64,000 nt of DNA from Gnetum montanum (lineage: Eukaryota > Plantae > Gnetophyta), in NCBI GenBank assembly GCA_015680685.1, contig MNCI01000745.1, positions 142,824 through 206,823 on the forward strand, written 5' to 3'. Position numbers and translations under genes: made by a program. Each line of letters starts with the position of its first letter. The first letter of the stretch is position 1. The notes under the pieces are model-generated. The model had not been told where the DNA came from. It worked only from the letters and a program-made list of their open reading frames with translations, and made no database searches. Positions 1-12,924 of the stretch are shown here, piece after piece.

Positions 1-2050
1 CTTGTTGTTGCGAGAGTTTGTCTGGGCTCCTAGTTCTGAAAAAAGGTCTCTTCTTTGTATAGTTGTCGTCAGAACTAGTACCAGGATGGATATTTACATG
101 CTGAATATTTACAGCTCTCGCGACGTTACGTTGCTACGGTTGGGTAGGTAATTCGCCTTGCATTGTTAGAACAGGTTGTATGGGAACTACAGGAGGAAGA
201 GGTGTAGGTGGAGTTAGAGGATGGACTAAATGTGAGATGTCTTCCAGAGGAGAAGGAGTCCTCCTGAAGTACTCCCGAGCTTGGTAGTGACGTTGGGGGG
301 TAGTGTGATCCATAGAGTCACCTAGAGAAACTGGCTGCTGCACATAATAACTGTAAGGNATTAAAGTTTCTCCACTTGGTTTTGCCTTTGTCACTACCTT
401 GCTCAACCTTAGACTTTTCTACGATTTTCAAGACTGTTTCTATTCTTGAGTCTAAGGAATCCCACATTTGGTCTACCTTAGTCGATAACTCGGTTGTTAA
501 CTTTTGGATCGGCATGGTTTTCCGATTCACCAACTCTTCGAGTGGTGACTCATCCTCCTCATCATAGAATTTCACTCCCTTCTTGCGAAGGGAGGGATCA
601 TGGTTGTATTCTTCTGCACTTTCTCTCTTCCGTAGCTCNNNNNNNNNNNNNNNNNNNNNNNNNNNNNNNNNNNNNNNNNNNNNNNNNNNNNNNNNNNNNN
701 NNNNNNNNNNNNNNNNNNNNNNNNNNNNNNNNNNNNNNNNNNNNNNNNNNNNNNNNNNNNNNNNNNNNNNNNNNNNNNNNNNNNNNNNNNNNNNNNNNNN
801 NNNNNNNNNNNNNNNNNNNNNNNNNNNNNNNNNNNNNNNNNNNNNNNNNNNNNNNNNNNNNNNNNNNNNNNNNNNNNNNNNNNNNNNNNNNNNNNNNNNN
901 NNNNNNNNNNNNNNNNNNNNNNNNNNNNNNNNNNNNNNNNNNNNNNNNNNNNNNNNNNNNNNNNNNNNNNNNNNNNNNNNNNNNNNNNNNNNNNNNNNNN
1001 NNNNNNNNNNNNNNNNNNNNNNNNNNNNNNNNNNNNNNNNNNNNNNNNNNNNNNNNNNNNNNNNNNNNNNNNNNNNNNNNNNNNNNNNNNNNNNNNNNNN
1101 NNNNNNNNNNNNNNNNNNNNNNNNNNNNNNNNNNNNNNNNNNNNNNNNNNNNNNNNNNNNNNNNNNNNNNNNNNNNNNNNNNNNNNNNNNNNNNNNNNNN
1201 NNNNNNNNNNNNNNNNNNNNNNNNNNNNNNNNNNNNNNNNNNNNNNNNNNNNNNNNNNNNNNNNNNNNNNNNNNNNNNNNNNNNNNNNNNNNNNNNNNNN
1301 NNNNNNNNNNNNNNNNNNNNNNNNNNNNNNNNNNNNNNNNNNNNNNNNNNNNNNNNNNNNNNNNNNNNNNNNNNNNNNNNNNNNNNNNNNNNNNNNNNNN
1401 NNNNNNNNNNNNNNNNNNNNNNNNNNNNNNNNNNNNNNNNNNNNNNNNNATGCTTAACCTCTTCACCATTGTGAGGAGGAGGAACATCATTTTCTAAGAA
1501 ACCCATTGTGAGGGGTTCCTCGTCTCCTATTTCACTAAGGACATGGGGGACCTTGCCCTTCAATAATGAATGTTGGCTCTCCTGCCTTTCGTCCCTCATA
1601 TGTTGGGCATATGTGAGATGATAATCCCTCATGTCATAATCTTTCGCAACGTATTCAGCGAATAACTCTTGCATGCCAATCTGTGCTAAGGCACAGAAAA
1701 GCATGTTAGGGACAAATCGATCCGGAGGTAACACAATGTTACCTTGCAGATCTCTCCATCGCAGTTGTTCATCTTGATGGAGAATAAAAGTAAAGTTAGG
1801 GACATACTCATCAGGATGAGTATATGTGACCTTAGATTGTTTAGGACATGGTTGGTCTCGGTTATGCGTGTGATGCTGACTGTCTTCTCTGTTGTCCTTA
1901 GGTGAGTTGATTTCGTGAGAAGAAGCCATTCTAATGGTGTGTTGTTTACCGTTATTTTTGTTCTTAATTAACTGATTAACCCAAAGGTTCGTTAAAGCTC
2001 CCAATGATGTGAATGATTCCTAAGGTTCTAAATGGCATAAAAACACATAG

Positions 2051-2068
2051 TCCCCGGCAACGGCGCCA
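2051..2068 (-). promoter_or_regulatory. primer binding site (tRNA-Asp type, as in Athila)
   Basis: Reverse complement TGGCGCCGTTGCCGGGGA, 1 nt from the LTR edge at 2070. Confidence 0.85.
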
Positions 2069-2069
2069 A

Positions 2070-2807
2070 TGATGAGTGGCGAGGTACCCCTACACTCAAC
2101 CATACGAANNNNNNNNNNNNNNNNNNNNNNNNNNNNNNNNNNNNNNNNNNNNNNNNNNNNNNNNNNNNNNNNNNNNNNNNNNNNNNNNNNNNNNNNNNNN
2201 NNNNNNNNNNNNNNNNNNNNNNNNNNNNNNNNNNNNNNNNNNNNNNNNNNNNNNNNNNNNNNNNNNNNNNNNNNNNNNNNNNNNNNNNNNNNNNNNNNNN
2301 NNNNNNNNNNNNTAATCAAGTCGTACTTGCCCCACGTTCTAGGAGGAAAAGGTGAGAGAATCTACTCGCGATGAGTAGCCGATTCCTTGGCTAGTCATAC
2401 ACGTTCATCAACGCTCGTAACCAAGTCGTACTCATGCCGTGTCACTAGGAAAGCAGTAAATAACATTAATTAAACCTATCCATGCACTGCAAGGTTTATC
2501 CACAAAGCTCATCTTTATTGCCGTACACAACTTGCGTTCATGTACAAAGCTGCTTGAATAAAGAACTATTCACTTGGGGAATTCCTACTGCAGGCACATG
2601 GAAAATATTCTATCTCTGGGGTGATCAATCCACTAGAGCTTTGCTACTTTACGCCTATGATGTCGAATGAGGGGAGCGCCGCCTCTTATTTATAGATATG
2701 GCAGCGGACCGCGATATCGCATACGCGATATCGCAAGGGATGCGATATCGCGGCGGATGCAATATCGCGTATGCAATATCACGGCCTGTGCAATTCGCAT
2801 CTCATCA
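2070..2807 (-). repeat. 5' LTR of element 1 (contains an N gap)
   Basis: TG..CA termini with 7-bp terminal inverted repeat; minus-strand TATA at ~2686-2695; GCGATATCGC palindrome array at 2710-2784. Confidence 0.8.
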
Positions 2808-3304
2808 GTTACCAAGCACTACGCCACTGGGCACACCAAGGAATAACACTGTTGGGATTACCAAGCAAATGCATGTTTCTCTTGAAGCGGTTGTACTCAT
2901 GTAATTAATCTATCTAGCTTATCTTACTTACTTACCTAATTAGCTTAATTACTAAAAAACATTGAATAGATAACTGATAATATTAAATGCACAAATAAAA
3001 CCTTTAGACTATCCAGAATGCTGCAAGGTTTATCAAAAAGTTCATCTTTATTGCTACACACACTATTATGCTCAAGTACATCAGTGCTCAAATAAAGATC
3101 TATGCACTCAATGACTCCTGCTGTGGGCACTTAGGAGAAATATTGTAACTTTCAAATGAACAAATAGTAAGAGTTCAGCTACTACTACGAATTTGATGTC
3201 ATAAATGCGGCTGATGAGCACGTATTTATAAGGAAAAAATGGACATTGCATCGAAAGGGCCACATCGACGACGCCTCATCGACACAACCAACCGCAACTC
3301 ATCA
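2808..3304 (-). repeat. portion of an older related LTR into which element 1 inserted
   Basis: Shares the ctggg..ttacca repeats, the 'tgctgcaaggtttat..catctttattgc' block and the TATA block with the Athila-like LTRs; ends CTCATCA at 3304. Confidence 0.65.
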
Positions 3305-4240
3305 ACAAGCAATTGAATCTTGCTAGCCAACCAACTTACCAATATTATCATTTTGAGCTTGGTTGCAAGTTTGGCTTTACAGTGGAGCTTTCATTTTATC
3401 CAAATTCAAGCTTTTTTCTTATCTTTCAAAAAATCAGTTTGTACAACCATCTTCCTCTTCTACTAAGCTTTTAATGCTCACCTAAAGCTCATACCAAATG
3501 TAGTAATGGAAGCTAAGATGTAACAGATATATATTCTTCTTCTTTAGCTACTCTTCCCAAAGCATTGGTAATGATTAAAGCTTACTTCTTCTTACGCTTT
3601 TTTAGCATATTAGCAACAATTTGAAGAATGGCCCTAAAATGGCTAAAAAGAATATTGGCTATAAATGGAAGCTCTCTAGCTTAGCTCTGGATTCTACTTT
3701 TTGGCCTTGTGCTTGAACTAGAATTTCTTCTTCCATTCTTCTCCTCTTCTTCTCAATCCCCTTTTTTTATAAACTCTGTATTTTCTTTTGCTTAGAAATC
3801 TTAAAAACTCTTGAGTTTTTGTGTTGAGACAAGGCAAAGTATTTTCTCTTCCTTTATGCTAAGAGAGTGAATATCTGTGACTTGAGCTTGGTTGTCATGC
3901 TCAATCTAGAATTGCTAAAGAAGCCCTGAAAGTTTTTTTAAAAAATATATTTACTTTACCCCCTAGGATCTCAGGAGATTTTTATTATAGAGGTAGCCTA
4001 GCCAATCTAGCAGCTAAACCACCTTAAAAGCTCAATGTCTATTTACTCTCTTTTGCATAGGTGTTCTATTTTCTACTTTAAGTTAATTCGGGGCTTTCAA
4101 CTAGTCTTTTTACCGGTCTCTATTTAACTCAAATTTTTAAGGCCCTAATTCACTCTCCCCTATGGGTGCCTTTAGCTACATTCAGGAAATAACAAAGTCT
4201 GTAGGCAACTATTGTTCTCAAACTAACTCTCAAATCCAAG
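3305..4240 (+). repeat. LTR-like repeat, internally deleted copy of 10886-12924
   Basis: Aligns to 10886-11040 and then directly to 12141-12924. TATA 'ctataaat' at ~3659; C-rich 'attcactctcccc' near the 3' end resembles copia/Sirevirus LTR ends. Confidence 0.65.
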
Positions 4241-5420
4241 CTATGCATCAAAAGAATCTAATTCGTGGAAGCAAGGAATCAAGGATTTGTGATTTTGAAC
4301 ATGTTTGGGTATGTGTGCCTCAAGAAAAAGTGGGGATGGGTTCGTAGTGAGGGACATGATAGAGAAAATTTAAATATATTAGTTTTTTAAAAAAATTAAA
4401 TCTCTTATATCATAAAAAATATTGTAGAATATAGAACAAGTACAATGTAAATCCAAAATATTGTTAATGCTTAAAAATGTTGTTAATACTCAAGAGCCAT
4501 AATGCGACCAAACATATAATTTTTGCAACAACCAAAATAATAGCAATAAAATGAAACCCTTTTGTTACTCAATCCAATCTTTCCAATAATGAACTTAAGC
4601 CTCAAGCCTCGACCAAATTTATAACAAATGACGTCTGCTAATACTTTTGTTCAACAATGACCTGTGACTAACGTCGTAGGGCCATGTTAAAGAAAACACA
4701 ACTTAACTAAACTAGGCACAGCCTAGTAACTTACCTCGGCTATGATGAAAATGGGAAATGGGCACTAGTCTTGGTGAGGGGGAAACTGAAAACAGAGAAC
4801 CACGAGCTTGCATATGGGCATTGGCCATGTGCTGGTGGGCTTCGTTAACTCATAAGCAAACAGATTTTTAAAAAAGTTGAACAAGCATTCATCCGTTATC
4901 ATGTTCATGACGATGACCGATGACGATGACCCCGTTTTGCTTTTTCTTTCTTTATATGAGAAAAAGAGCAAAAACCAACAATGACAACACCTGTGAATGT
5001 GTGAGTCATGGCAGAACCTTTGACGCTTCCAAAGGCCAATCCATGCAAATGCAATGTTTCCCTGGCACGCCCCGTCCCAAACTTTGATTTCTAAACTTGG
5101 CCTTTCGGCCTTCGGTTACCAAAGTTGCCTTTTCATGATTGTGATTTCCGTGTGTTTGTTTATTCATTCGTACTCCCTTGTTTTCGTGATGTGTGTCATG
5201 CCGATGCCATAAATCTTGATTCCCTGCTACCCACTTAACAATGAAATGAAGTTTCTGGTAAGATTGGTAAGATTTTAATGCACAATGCAGACATGGAGAA
5301 CAAGGCAAGGCGACCATTTCAATGTATATGTATACATATAGACAAACTTTCATTGAAAATTATGAAATAGGTACCCATTGCGGATTTAATGTGTTTATGT
5401 TTGCGGATTTAATGTGTTTA

Positions 5421-5766
5421 TGTTAGCTGGCAGCAAAATATGAAATGAGATGAAAATAAAGAGCAATGGAACCACAGGCAAATGTAAAAGGATATTGTTA
5501 TAAAAAATGGGAATAACAACCTTCTCTCTTCATCACAAGGAGAGAACAAGAAGATGCCTCTCTTTCATGCAATAGGAGAAGAATGTAAGAGTGGGATGGA
5601 AAGGGGATGTATGTGATAGATCTGAATTGAGGTGAGGGAGGTCCCTTTTATATTGGTGAAGGGACCCTTAAATAACTAATGATAACCACTCGCTATTTTA
5701 ATAACCATAGCCGAATTTTAGCATGATAACCATGGCCTAAATTTATCATGATAACTATGGCCTACA
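5421..5766 (-). repeat. short solo-LTR-like insert (346 bp)
   Basis: Minus strand starts TGTAGGCC and ends GCTAACA; 3-4 degenerate ~24-bp 'gataaccatggcc' repeats, then a TATA-like box at ~5650. Flanked by a ~33-bp duplication. Confidence 0.45.
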
Positions 5767-5840
5767 GTACCCATTGTGGATTTAATGTGTTTCTGTTTGT
5801 GCTCCGTGCTCCAGTTTATCCAAATTTATCGGGAATCATG

Positions 5841-5920
5841 AAGCTCCAGGGCATAGGTTTTCAGCATAGACCCAGTTATTAAGCTCCAGTGCATAGGTTT
5901 TCAGCATAGACTCAGTTATT
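5841..5920 (+). repeat. 40-bp tandem duplication upstream of DUF674
   Basis: aagctccag(g/t)gcataggttttcagcatagac(c/t)cagttatt x2. Confidence 0.9.
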
Positions 5921-6009
5921 CAGGAAGATGTTGAGAACCCTTTGAAGATTCATACTTCATAGCTATCTGATACTTCATAGCTATTTGTCCTACGCCAGAA
6001 GAAGAAAGC

Positions 6010-6643
6010 ATGGGCAATAAGGTTGAAAAACCGAAGGTGAAGCTTCTCATCGACAAAACGGATGGTCGAATTCTGTACGCGAAGTCGGATAAGCAATTCG
6101 TAGATCTCATATTCTCGTTTCTGCGTCTTCCCTTGGCATCCATCGTGCAGTTGCTGTCCAGACTTGAAAGTGAAAGTGGAAGAAGCAGCAGTAGCCCTTC
6201 ACTGGCAGATGGGCAAGCACAAGTCGGGTGTCTCAACAATGTGTACCAAAGTCTTGAAAAGCTGCCGCCGGAGTTTATGCTCAGCCCCAACTGCAAAACA
6301 GAGCTCATGAACCCAAATCTTCAACCTTACGACGCCAGTGACATCCTCCACAAAATGATTGCTGAGCCAAAAACAGAAGATACGTTTGGTTCTTCTCCTT
6401 TTTCCAGCCAAGCAGACCAGATCCGTTTAGTTCTTGTCCTTTTGGCAGCCCTTCACGCGGCTCAAGAACGATCTCCTTCGTCAGCTCGAGTGGATATGTG
6501 AGGGACGGGGTGCTGTTCATGATCACTGACGATCTTCAAGTGTCACCTGTGTCCACCATTAGCAGTATCACTCTACTTCAGAAATTCAATCTGCCAATCT
6601 GGCGCACCTGGAAGAGCGTCGGGTCTCGGTTGGCCTCGATGAG
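6010..6643 (+). pseudogene. DUF674 (PF05056) family gene, exon 1, two frameshifts
   Basis: Family motifs KLLIDK..ILYA..KQFVDLIFSFLRLPLASIVQLL and VGCLNNVYQSLEKL in frame 1; GYVRDGVLFMITDDLQVSPVSTISSITLLQKF after a shift near 6400; LAHLEERRVSVGLDE after a second shift near 6593; GT donor at 6644. Confidence 0.85.
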
Positions 6644-7109
6644 GTTACAATCCGTAGCTTTTTCCAGCTTCTTTTATCGCCAGTTATCGATTTGGAATCA
6701 TTATATGAACTTTTATTTGGAATCATTATATGAATTTTTTATGCACAATGGATGTTAATTCTCTTTTGTTTGTTATGGTGATATTTAGATTTGGAATCTT
6801 TATATGAACTTTTTATGCACCTGATGAATATTAATTCTCTTTTCTTCTTTATGTGCTGTTATATTCCAGATTTATTACTTGTTTATTTATAGCAAGTTTA
6901 TGGGCAATGCTTAATCCTTTTCTTATTTTATATTCAAAATTATTGAATCTTTTGTTTTCCTCATCCATATTATTAGGGATTTAAGTTATAATATACTTTC
7001 TTATGTAATGTTACTTTTTATTAATATAAATTTTTAAAATTTTTGAATGTCTTCCCACTTGGACGGGTGGTAGCTTTATCACATATGGTTTAGTCCAAAG
7101 TGAGGCATA

Positions 7110-7815
7110 TGATGATTGATGTTATCTGGCCCTAAGCTACTCCTAATGATAATAAAGAGATTGATTAATTAAGCTAATTAACGATAGAAAGTAAAATCTA
7201 AACTAGCCTACATGTGATGAGTATTCGTACCTAACCATCATCTGCACACACCTTGAACTTCATGTAACTACCACTGGGATTACCAAGCGTACAGCACTAG
7301 GCTCACGAAACAATACATTGCTGGGTTACCAAGTAATTACACTTAAGTGCTCACGATTAGTCATACTCATTCTGCTTAATGACAAGAATAGTAAAGAACA
7401 ATAAACGAAAACATTAACTAAGGAAAACAGTAAACAATTAAACAATTAAAAGCAACAATAAATCTAAGTGGATGTTACAATGATGAAAGTAATCTTGATC
7501 TTTATTGCCAGTCATGTAACGCATCTAAGTATGTCACATTCGAATAAGGATGTTGTACAATTACTTAACATCACATTGCAGGCATGCACTAGGAAACAAT
7601 AAAACTTGAAATCAAAAATCTATGAAAAAGCTATCTAAAATTTATCAACAAAACTATCTCCCAACCATGCACCCAAGTGTGGTATTTATAGGCTAGCACG
7701 AAAGGGGCGATATTGGATGCCTACATCGAGGGTTGTGCCCTAATATCGGATACCCAACATTGCAGCCCCAATATCAAATATTTGATATCATGGCCCTGCA
7801 AAACATGACTCATTA
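7110..7815 (-). repeat. degenerate solo LTR related to the Athila-like LTRs
   Basis: ctggg(a/t)ttaccaag repeats, 'gtatttatagg' TATA block, GATATC-type motifs, end 'gactcatta'. No intact TSD; left edge uncertain. Confidence 0.55.
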
Positions 7816-10800
7816 ACAACTCTATGGTTGATTATTACAAAGCCAACTCCTTAATAAAATCAATATCTTCATAAGAACATAAAAGCAAATCAATGCAAGG
7901 GTTACCTTGAGGTCCTATAAAAGTAAATGATGAAGATTGAGGAAATCTAGCAAGTCCATTGCAAATTAGAAGATCAAAAATTTTTGCCCATTCTAATAGT
8001 TATTGACCCATCTTATTAATAGTGCAATCTGCAAAATGTTAGGTCTAGTTGTGATCTTCAACAATGTCTAAACTACCAACATTATGTTGTCACAGAATAA
8101 CTTTTATTTTCTTTGAACTTATCCTTGCATTAAAAGCTCTACAAATAAATATTGAGCCTTTTGCTACAAATTCTACAATATCTCTACCTAAGAATTGACA
8201 AAGATGATCACAGACGACTCTATAGAATCATTCAATGTAGCATCTCTAGGAGTAAACTAGCATACAATAAGGAAAGCACAACCATGCTTACATAGGGTAT
8301 CTTACGTCAACATTAAAGACTAAAGAAGAGATGGCCTTCTCAATGATAGAGAGTATTGAGGAATCACAAAGAAAGATAAGCAACGATGTTGCAATAGGAA
8401 AGAAGGGGATTTTGGAAAGTAGCTCTAGCATGATGGAGAAAGGAAAAGCCTCTAGGAAAAGGAAGCCTCTTTTGACACCTATAGAAGAAGAGACATTCTC
8501 ATTACAAGAGAAACTAAGCAAGTATTTTATTTCATTTTAGTTTTAAAGAACATATTTTATTCAGTTAGTCTAGTGCAGTAATGGATCCTAAGTTTTAACT
8601 ATGTCGACATAAAATGTAAGACGTCAATAGTAAGTCAGTATAAGGTGATATGGTGTTCAATGTTGAGTTTAGTTTTGACATCAAAAGTGACACATCGCAT
8701 CAAAAAGACTTATCTTGTGTCTGAACTTGCAAGAGTTGCATGGTAATAAAGGGAATTAGAGAGGGAGGTGAAGAGACTTTGATCAATCCTTTTGTTGTAT
8801 CCATGTTTTCGATTTTTTTAATAACCTAGAATAAGTATGGATTAACATTGTTTCATTCACTTCAAGCTTTAAAAAACTCCAAAAATAGCATCATGGAACA
8901 CATTTTTAGCTCTTGGAGGTCTTTAGGGACCATTTGAATTCATAACCCACTTATGAGCTTCATTCTTGATGATGCTAGAAAAGTTAGAGAATCAAAAAAA
9001 TTTTAAGTGTTGGAGTTGGCATGGATCAAAATTTTTCTAAGTGTTGGAGTTGACACAAATTCTGCATCACCTTTAGTCTTGGAAAACCTCACCCATGTCA
9101 CCTACACAACTGCATCTTGGCATCAACTGAAACCTGAAATGTTACATCCTAGGCTTCCATGGCATCACAAGGTTCAAATACAGTGATTTTGATAGTTTTT
9201 TGGTTCACAAGAGATCAAGACTAAGTGTAGTCTTGACATCATTCTATGCAGGTTTGAGCATCAAACTTCCCAAATACATCATCATGAGGCATATTCTTAG
9301 CTCCTAAAGGTCTCTAGGGACCATTTCAATGCCCTAGCTTATAAACTTCATTCTTGATGTCAAAGGCATCATGGGTTCCAAGTCAATCTCTATGCAATAC
9401 CACAAGACAAAATGCCTAAAAATAACATAAAAACACCATCATTGGAACCTCCAAATCTCATCAAATCTACATTCTGACATGTGACATGGGTTCCTATGGC
9501 CTTAGGGCCTAGATGACTCATCAATAGCAATTTTAACACTCCAAGATTCTAAAATTGGCACTTTTGGCAAGTTGTTTAGGGCCTTAGAAAATAAACATTT
9601 TTTCTAAGTTTGAAGCATCAATATGTTTGAGACTTGCCTCAACATCTCTACAAGCACCTTCAAGTCACTTTACACATCTAGTTCACAACATTTCACAGGT
9701 TTACAAGCCTCTCGACACTCAAACATCATCATTTTGACTCATTTTGGGATTAGTTTCAACATCTCAGGAGTTAGAATTTTTGGCCTAAAAAATTGTTGAA
9801 ATTTTTTCTAACTTTGGTGATGATGTTGATGCTAATGCTAGCGTTAGCACTACTAAACTTTGTGTCATCCTCTAAATCATATTTCATCCATAATGCATTA
9901 GAGGTCCCAATTCTTATAATACTATGTCATATCTAAACCATAGACCTCAAGGGGCCAATCATGTATCACTAAATTATATTTCATCCATAGCCCTTTATAG
10001 GCCAATAATGTAATGCAAAATAATATTTCTCAAAATTTTCATCATCATATATTATACACAAATTTTTAAAACTTGATCATATGATTTGATTTTTGAAAAA
10101 AGGAAAATATACTCTATGTCAAGTTATAGATATATATCATCAATATATAGCTAAACTAGTCATAATATTTAAGATGTAAAGGAAGGTATCAAGTTTCAAA
10201 TTGAAGAACATCATGACTATAGCAAACCTTATTTAGTTGGGAAAAGGATATGATGATGATGGTAAAAAAAACATTAATTATAATTTCAAAATTTATAATG
10301 TATTTTAAAGTCTAACTATTTAATTAAGACTTGCATTTAAGGATTCAATTCATATGCATTATATTAATATATATAAATTAATAATTTTTTAGACTCTAAA
10401 TTTTTCTTACATTTAAATTATATTATTAAGACAAACTAAAGCCATTAGAGTTTACCATTCTTGACATTTTAGCTTTGATATCGTACACACATAATAAAAA
10501 AAAAAAGATCATCGCCCATAGGCTCAATGCTCATCTTATCAAGATGGATCTTGGGAGTGGATGCATCTAGGTTCAAACCCAAGTTTTACGACTTGAAAAA
10601 CAAGCAACCTACTCAATGTGATAGTCGTTATATATCAAACACTTAATAACATGAATTTAAAAAAACAAACTTTACTTTAATTTGCACATGCCACTTTAGA
10701 ATATGCTTGAAAAAGCAAGTAGCCTTAGCATACTTTTGAGAAGGAATCAAGTATCAATGTTGCATATGCTTGGGTTATAGTGGATTACATGCAGGTGAAT

Positions 10801-10885
10801 GTATTTTAAAACAAAACTTTTATATTGTACATATTAACCTTTCATGGATGCTATCTATGGCATTGGCCAGAGCTTCCTATTGCCT

Positions 10886-12924
10886 AGGCAATCAAATCTT
10901 GCTAGCCGACCATCTTTATCAATATTGTTGTTTTGAGCTTGGTTTCAAGTTTGGCTTTATAGTGGAGCTTTCATTTCATCCGAATTTGAGCTTTTGTCTT
11001 ATCTTTCACAAGAATGAATTTGTAAAACCATTTTTAGTTCTACTCGGCTTGTTCAAAATGCCTCTACTTGTTGAGCACTTGGATAGTTTTTTTTTCTTTC
11101 TTTCTTTTTTTTTTTAATTCAGCTCAACTCTTCATTTTAGCTCTATAAAGATAGCTCAAATTGGTTCTATTATGTCAGTTTTTTATTTGATGGGATTTAG
11201 TGGGGTCAAGTTAAACAATTTTAAGAGCATGTGCGCAAAAGAATTTTAATTCACCTTAGCTTGTAGAAACAACTCATAGAACCATATTTTGGTTCTACAA
11301 AAGGACGAGAAATAGCTCTTCCATGTTTGCCCAAAAAGCAAGGGCTAAAACAGAATTAGCTTGTATAACCATTTTTGGTTTTATAAAGGGCTCATTTAAT
11401 CAACTCTACCACATCATCTTCTAAAATAAACTCTTACGTAGAATTACCATTAGAACCATTTCTTTGGTTCTACAAAAGTTTGTTAAAGAATAGCTCTACC
11501 ATGTGAGTGTTTTGTTTTCCTTCTTCCTCACACGTAAGCTTGGTTGAAAAGCTCATCTATTTTTGAAAAAGCTTCAGAACCAATTTTTGGTTCTATTCAG
11601 TGCCTTGCCACATCAGCTTGTAGAACTAATCTTTAGAACCAGTTTTTGGTTCTACAAAGCGCTTCCAAAATAGATCTGCCACATCAACTCCTTTTACCCA
11701 GGCACAATGAAGCTTACTTTTTAAAGAAATGCACAATGAAGCTTACTTTTTAAAGAAATAGAAAAGCTGTGAAATTTATTTATTTATTTATTTTAAAGCT
11801 TCAAATTTTCTTTATAGAACTCATTTTCATGTCAGCCTAAGCAGAAGGAAAGCCCGTAGTGAAAAATATAAGTTGGCTTTAATAGCTATCTTAAGGCTAG
11901 GACCAAATTTTGATTCTATACGATGCCACATTAGCAAAAATAAAAGGGGCATTATAAGCTTATATTGAGAAGAGGTGTTATACGAAAAGGTAGAGCTTGT
12001 ATTGCTATTAAAGCAAGCTGAATCTCATTAATGAAAAGACAGAGGTTGTTAATTGAAGCTTAAAGAGCCGTTATCTCCAATACAGGCAAAGCTTGTTATT
12101 TTTGCAAGAAGTAAAGAAATCATTAGCACAAGAAATTCTCTGCTAAGCTTTTAATACTCACCTAAAGCTCATACCAAATGTAGTAATGGAAGCTAAGATG
12201 TAACGAATATAGATTGTTCTTCTTTAGTTACTCTTCCCAACAGATTGGTAATGGTTACAGCCTACTTCTTCTTACACTTCTTTAGCATATGAGCAACAGT
12301 TTGAAGAATGGCTCTAAAATGGCTAAAATAAATATTGGCTATAAATTGAAGCTCTCTAGCTTAGCTCTGGATTTCTGGTTTTTAACCTTGTGCTTAAACT
12401 AGAATTTCTTCTTCTGTTTTTCTCCTCTTCTTCTCAATCTCTTTTTTTGTAAAAACTTTGTTTTCTTTTTCTTAGAAAGCTTAGAAACTCTTGAGTCTTG
12501 TGTTGAGACAAGGCAAAGTATTTCCTCTTCCTTTATGCTGAGAGAGCAAATTTCTGTGACTTTGAGCTTGGTTGTTGTGCTCAATCCAGAATTGTTAAAG
12601 AAACCCTGTAAATTTTTTTTTAAAATATATTTACTCTACCCCCTAGGATCTTGGGAGATTTTTATTGTAGAGGTAGCCCAGCCAATCTAGCAGCTGAACC
12701 ACCTTAAAAGCTCAGTGTTTATTTACCCTTTTCTGCATAGGTATTCTATTTTCTGCATTAAGTTAATTTGAGGCTTTCTACTTATCTTTTTGCCGGTCTC
12801 TATTTAACTCACATTTTTATAAGGCCCTGATTTACTCTCCCCAGTCGGTGCCTTTAGCTGCGTTCAGGAAAAAAACAGAGTCTGTAGGCAACTACTGTTC
12901 TCAAACTGACTGAGAAATCCAAGT
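10886..12924 (+). repeat. LTR-like repeat (longer copy), possibly a copia/Sirevirus-type solo LTR
   Basis: Homologous to 3305-4240. Many palindromic 'tagaacc-attttt-ggttcta' motifs at 11025-11655; TATA at ~12339; 29-bp tandem duplication at 11702-11759. Exact termini not resolved. Confidence 0.55.

Larger units (their letters stand above)
1..2807 (-). mobile_element. Athila/OTA-like Ty3/gypsy retrotransposon, 5' portion (5' LTR, PBS, gag); continues beyond window start
   Basis: LTR 2070-2807 bounded by TGATGAG...CTCATCA. PBS TGGCGCCGTTGCCGGGGA (minus, 2051-2068). Gag-region translation (e.g. ESAEEYNHDPSLRKK..KVDQMWDSLD) is homologous to the gag of the element at 17479-30932. Confidence 0.85.

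Noticed and set aside
318-2374. Long ORFs of 300-470 aa in the ORF track
   Set aside because: Their length comes from translating through N gaps; only the flanking gag fragments are real.
8000-9950. ORF 8331-8540 and 'tttttctaagtgttgg' repeats
   Set aside because: Probably a decayed retroelement or LTR, but no termini, TSD or protein motif could be supported.
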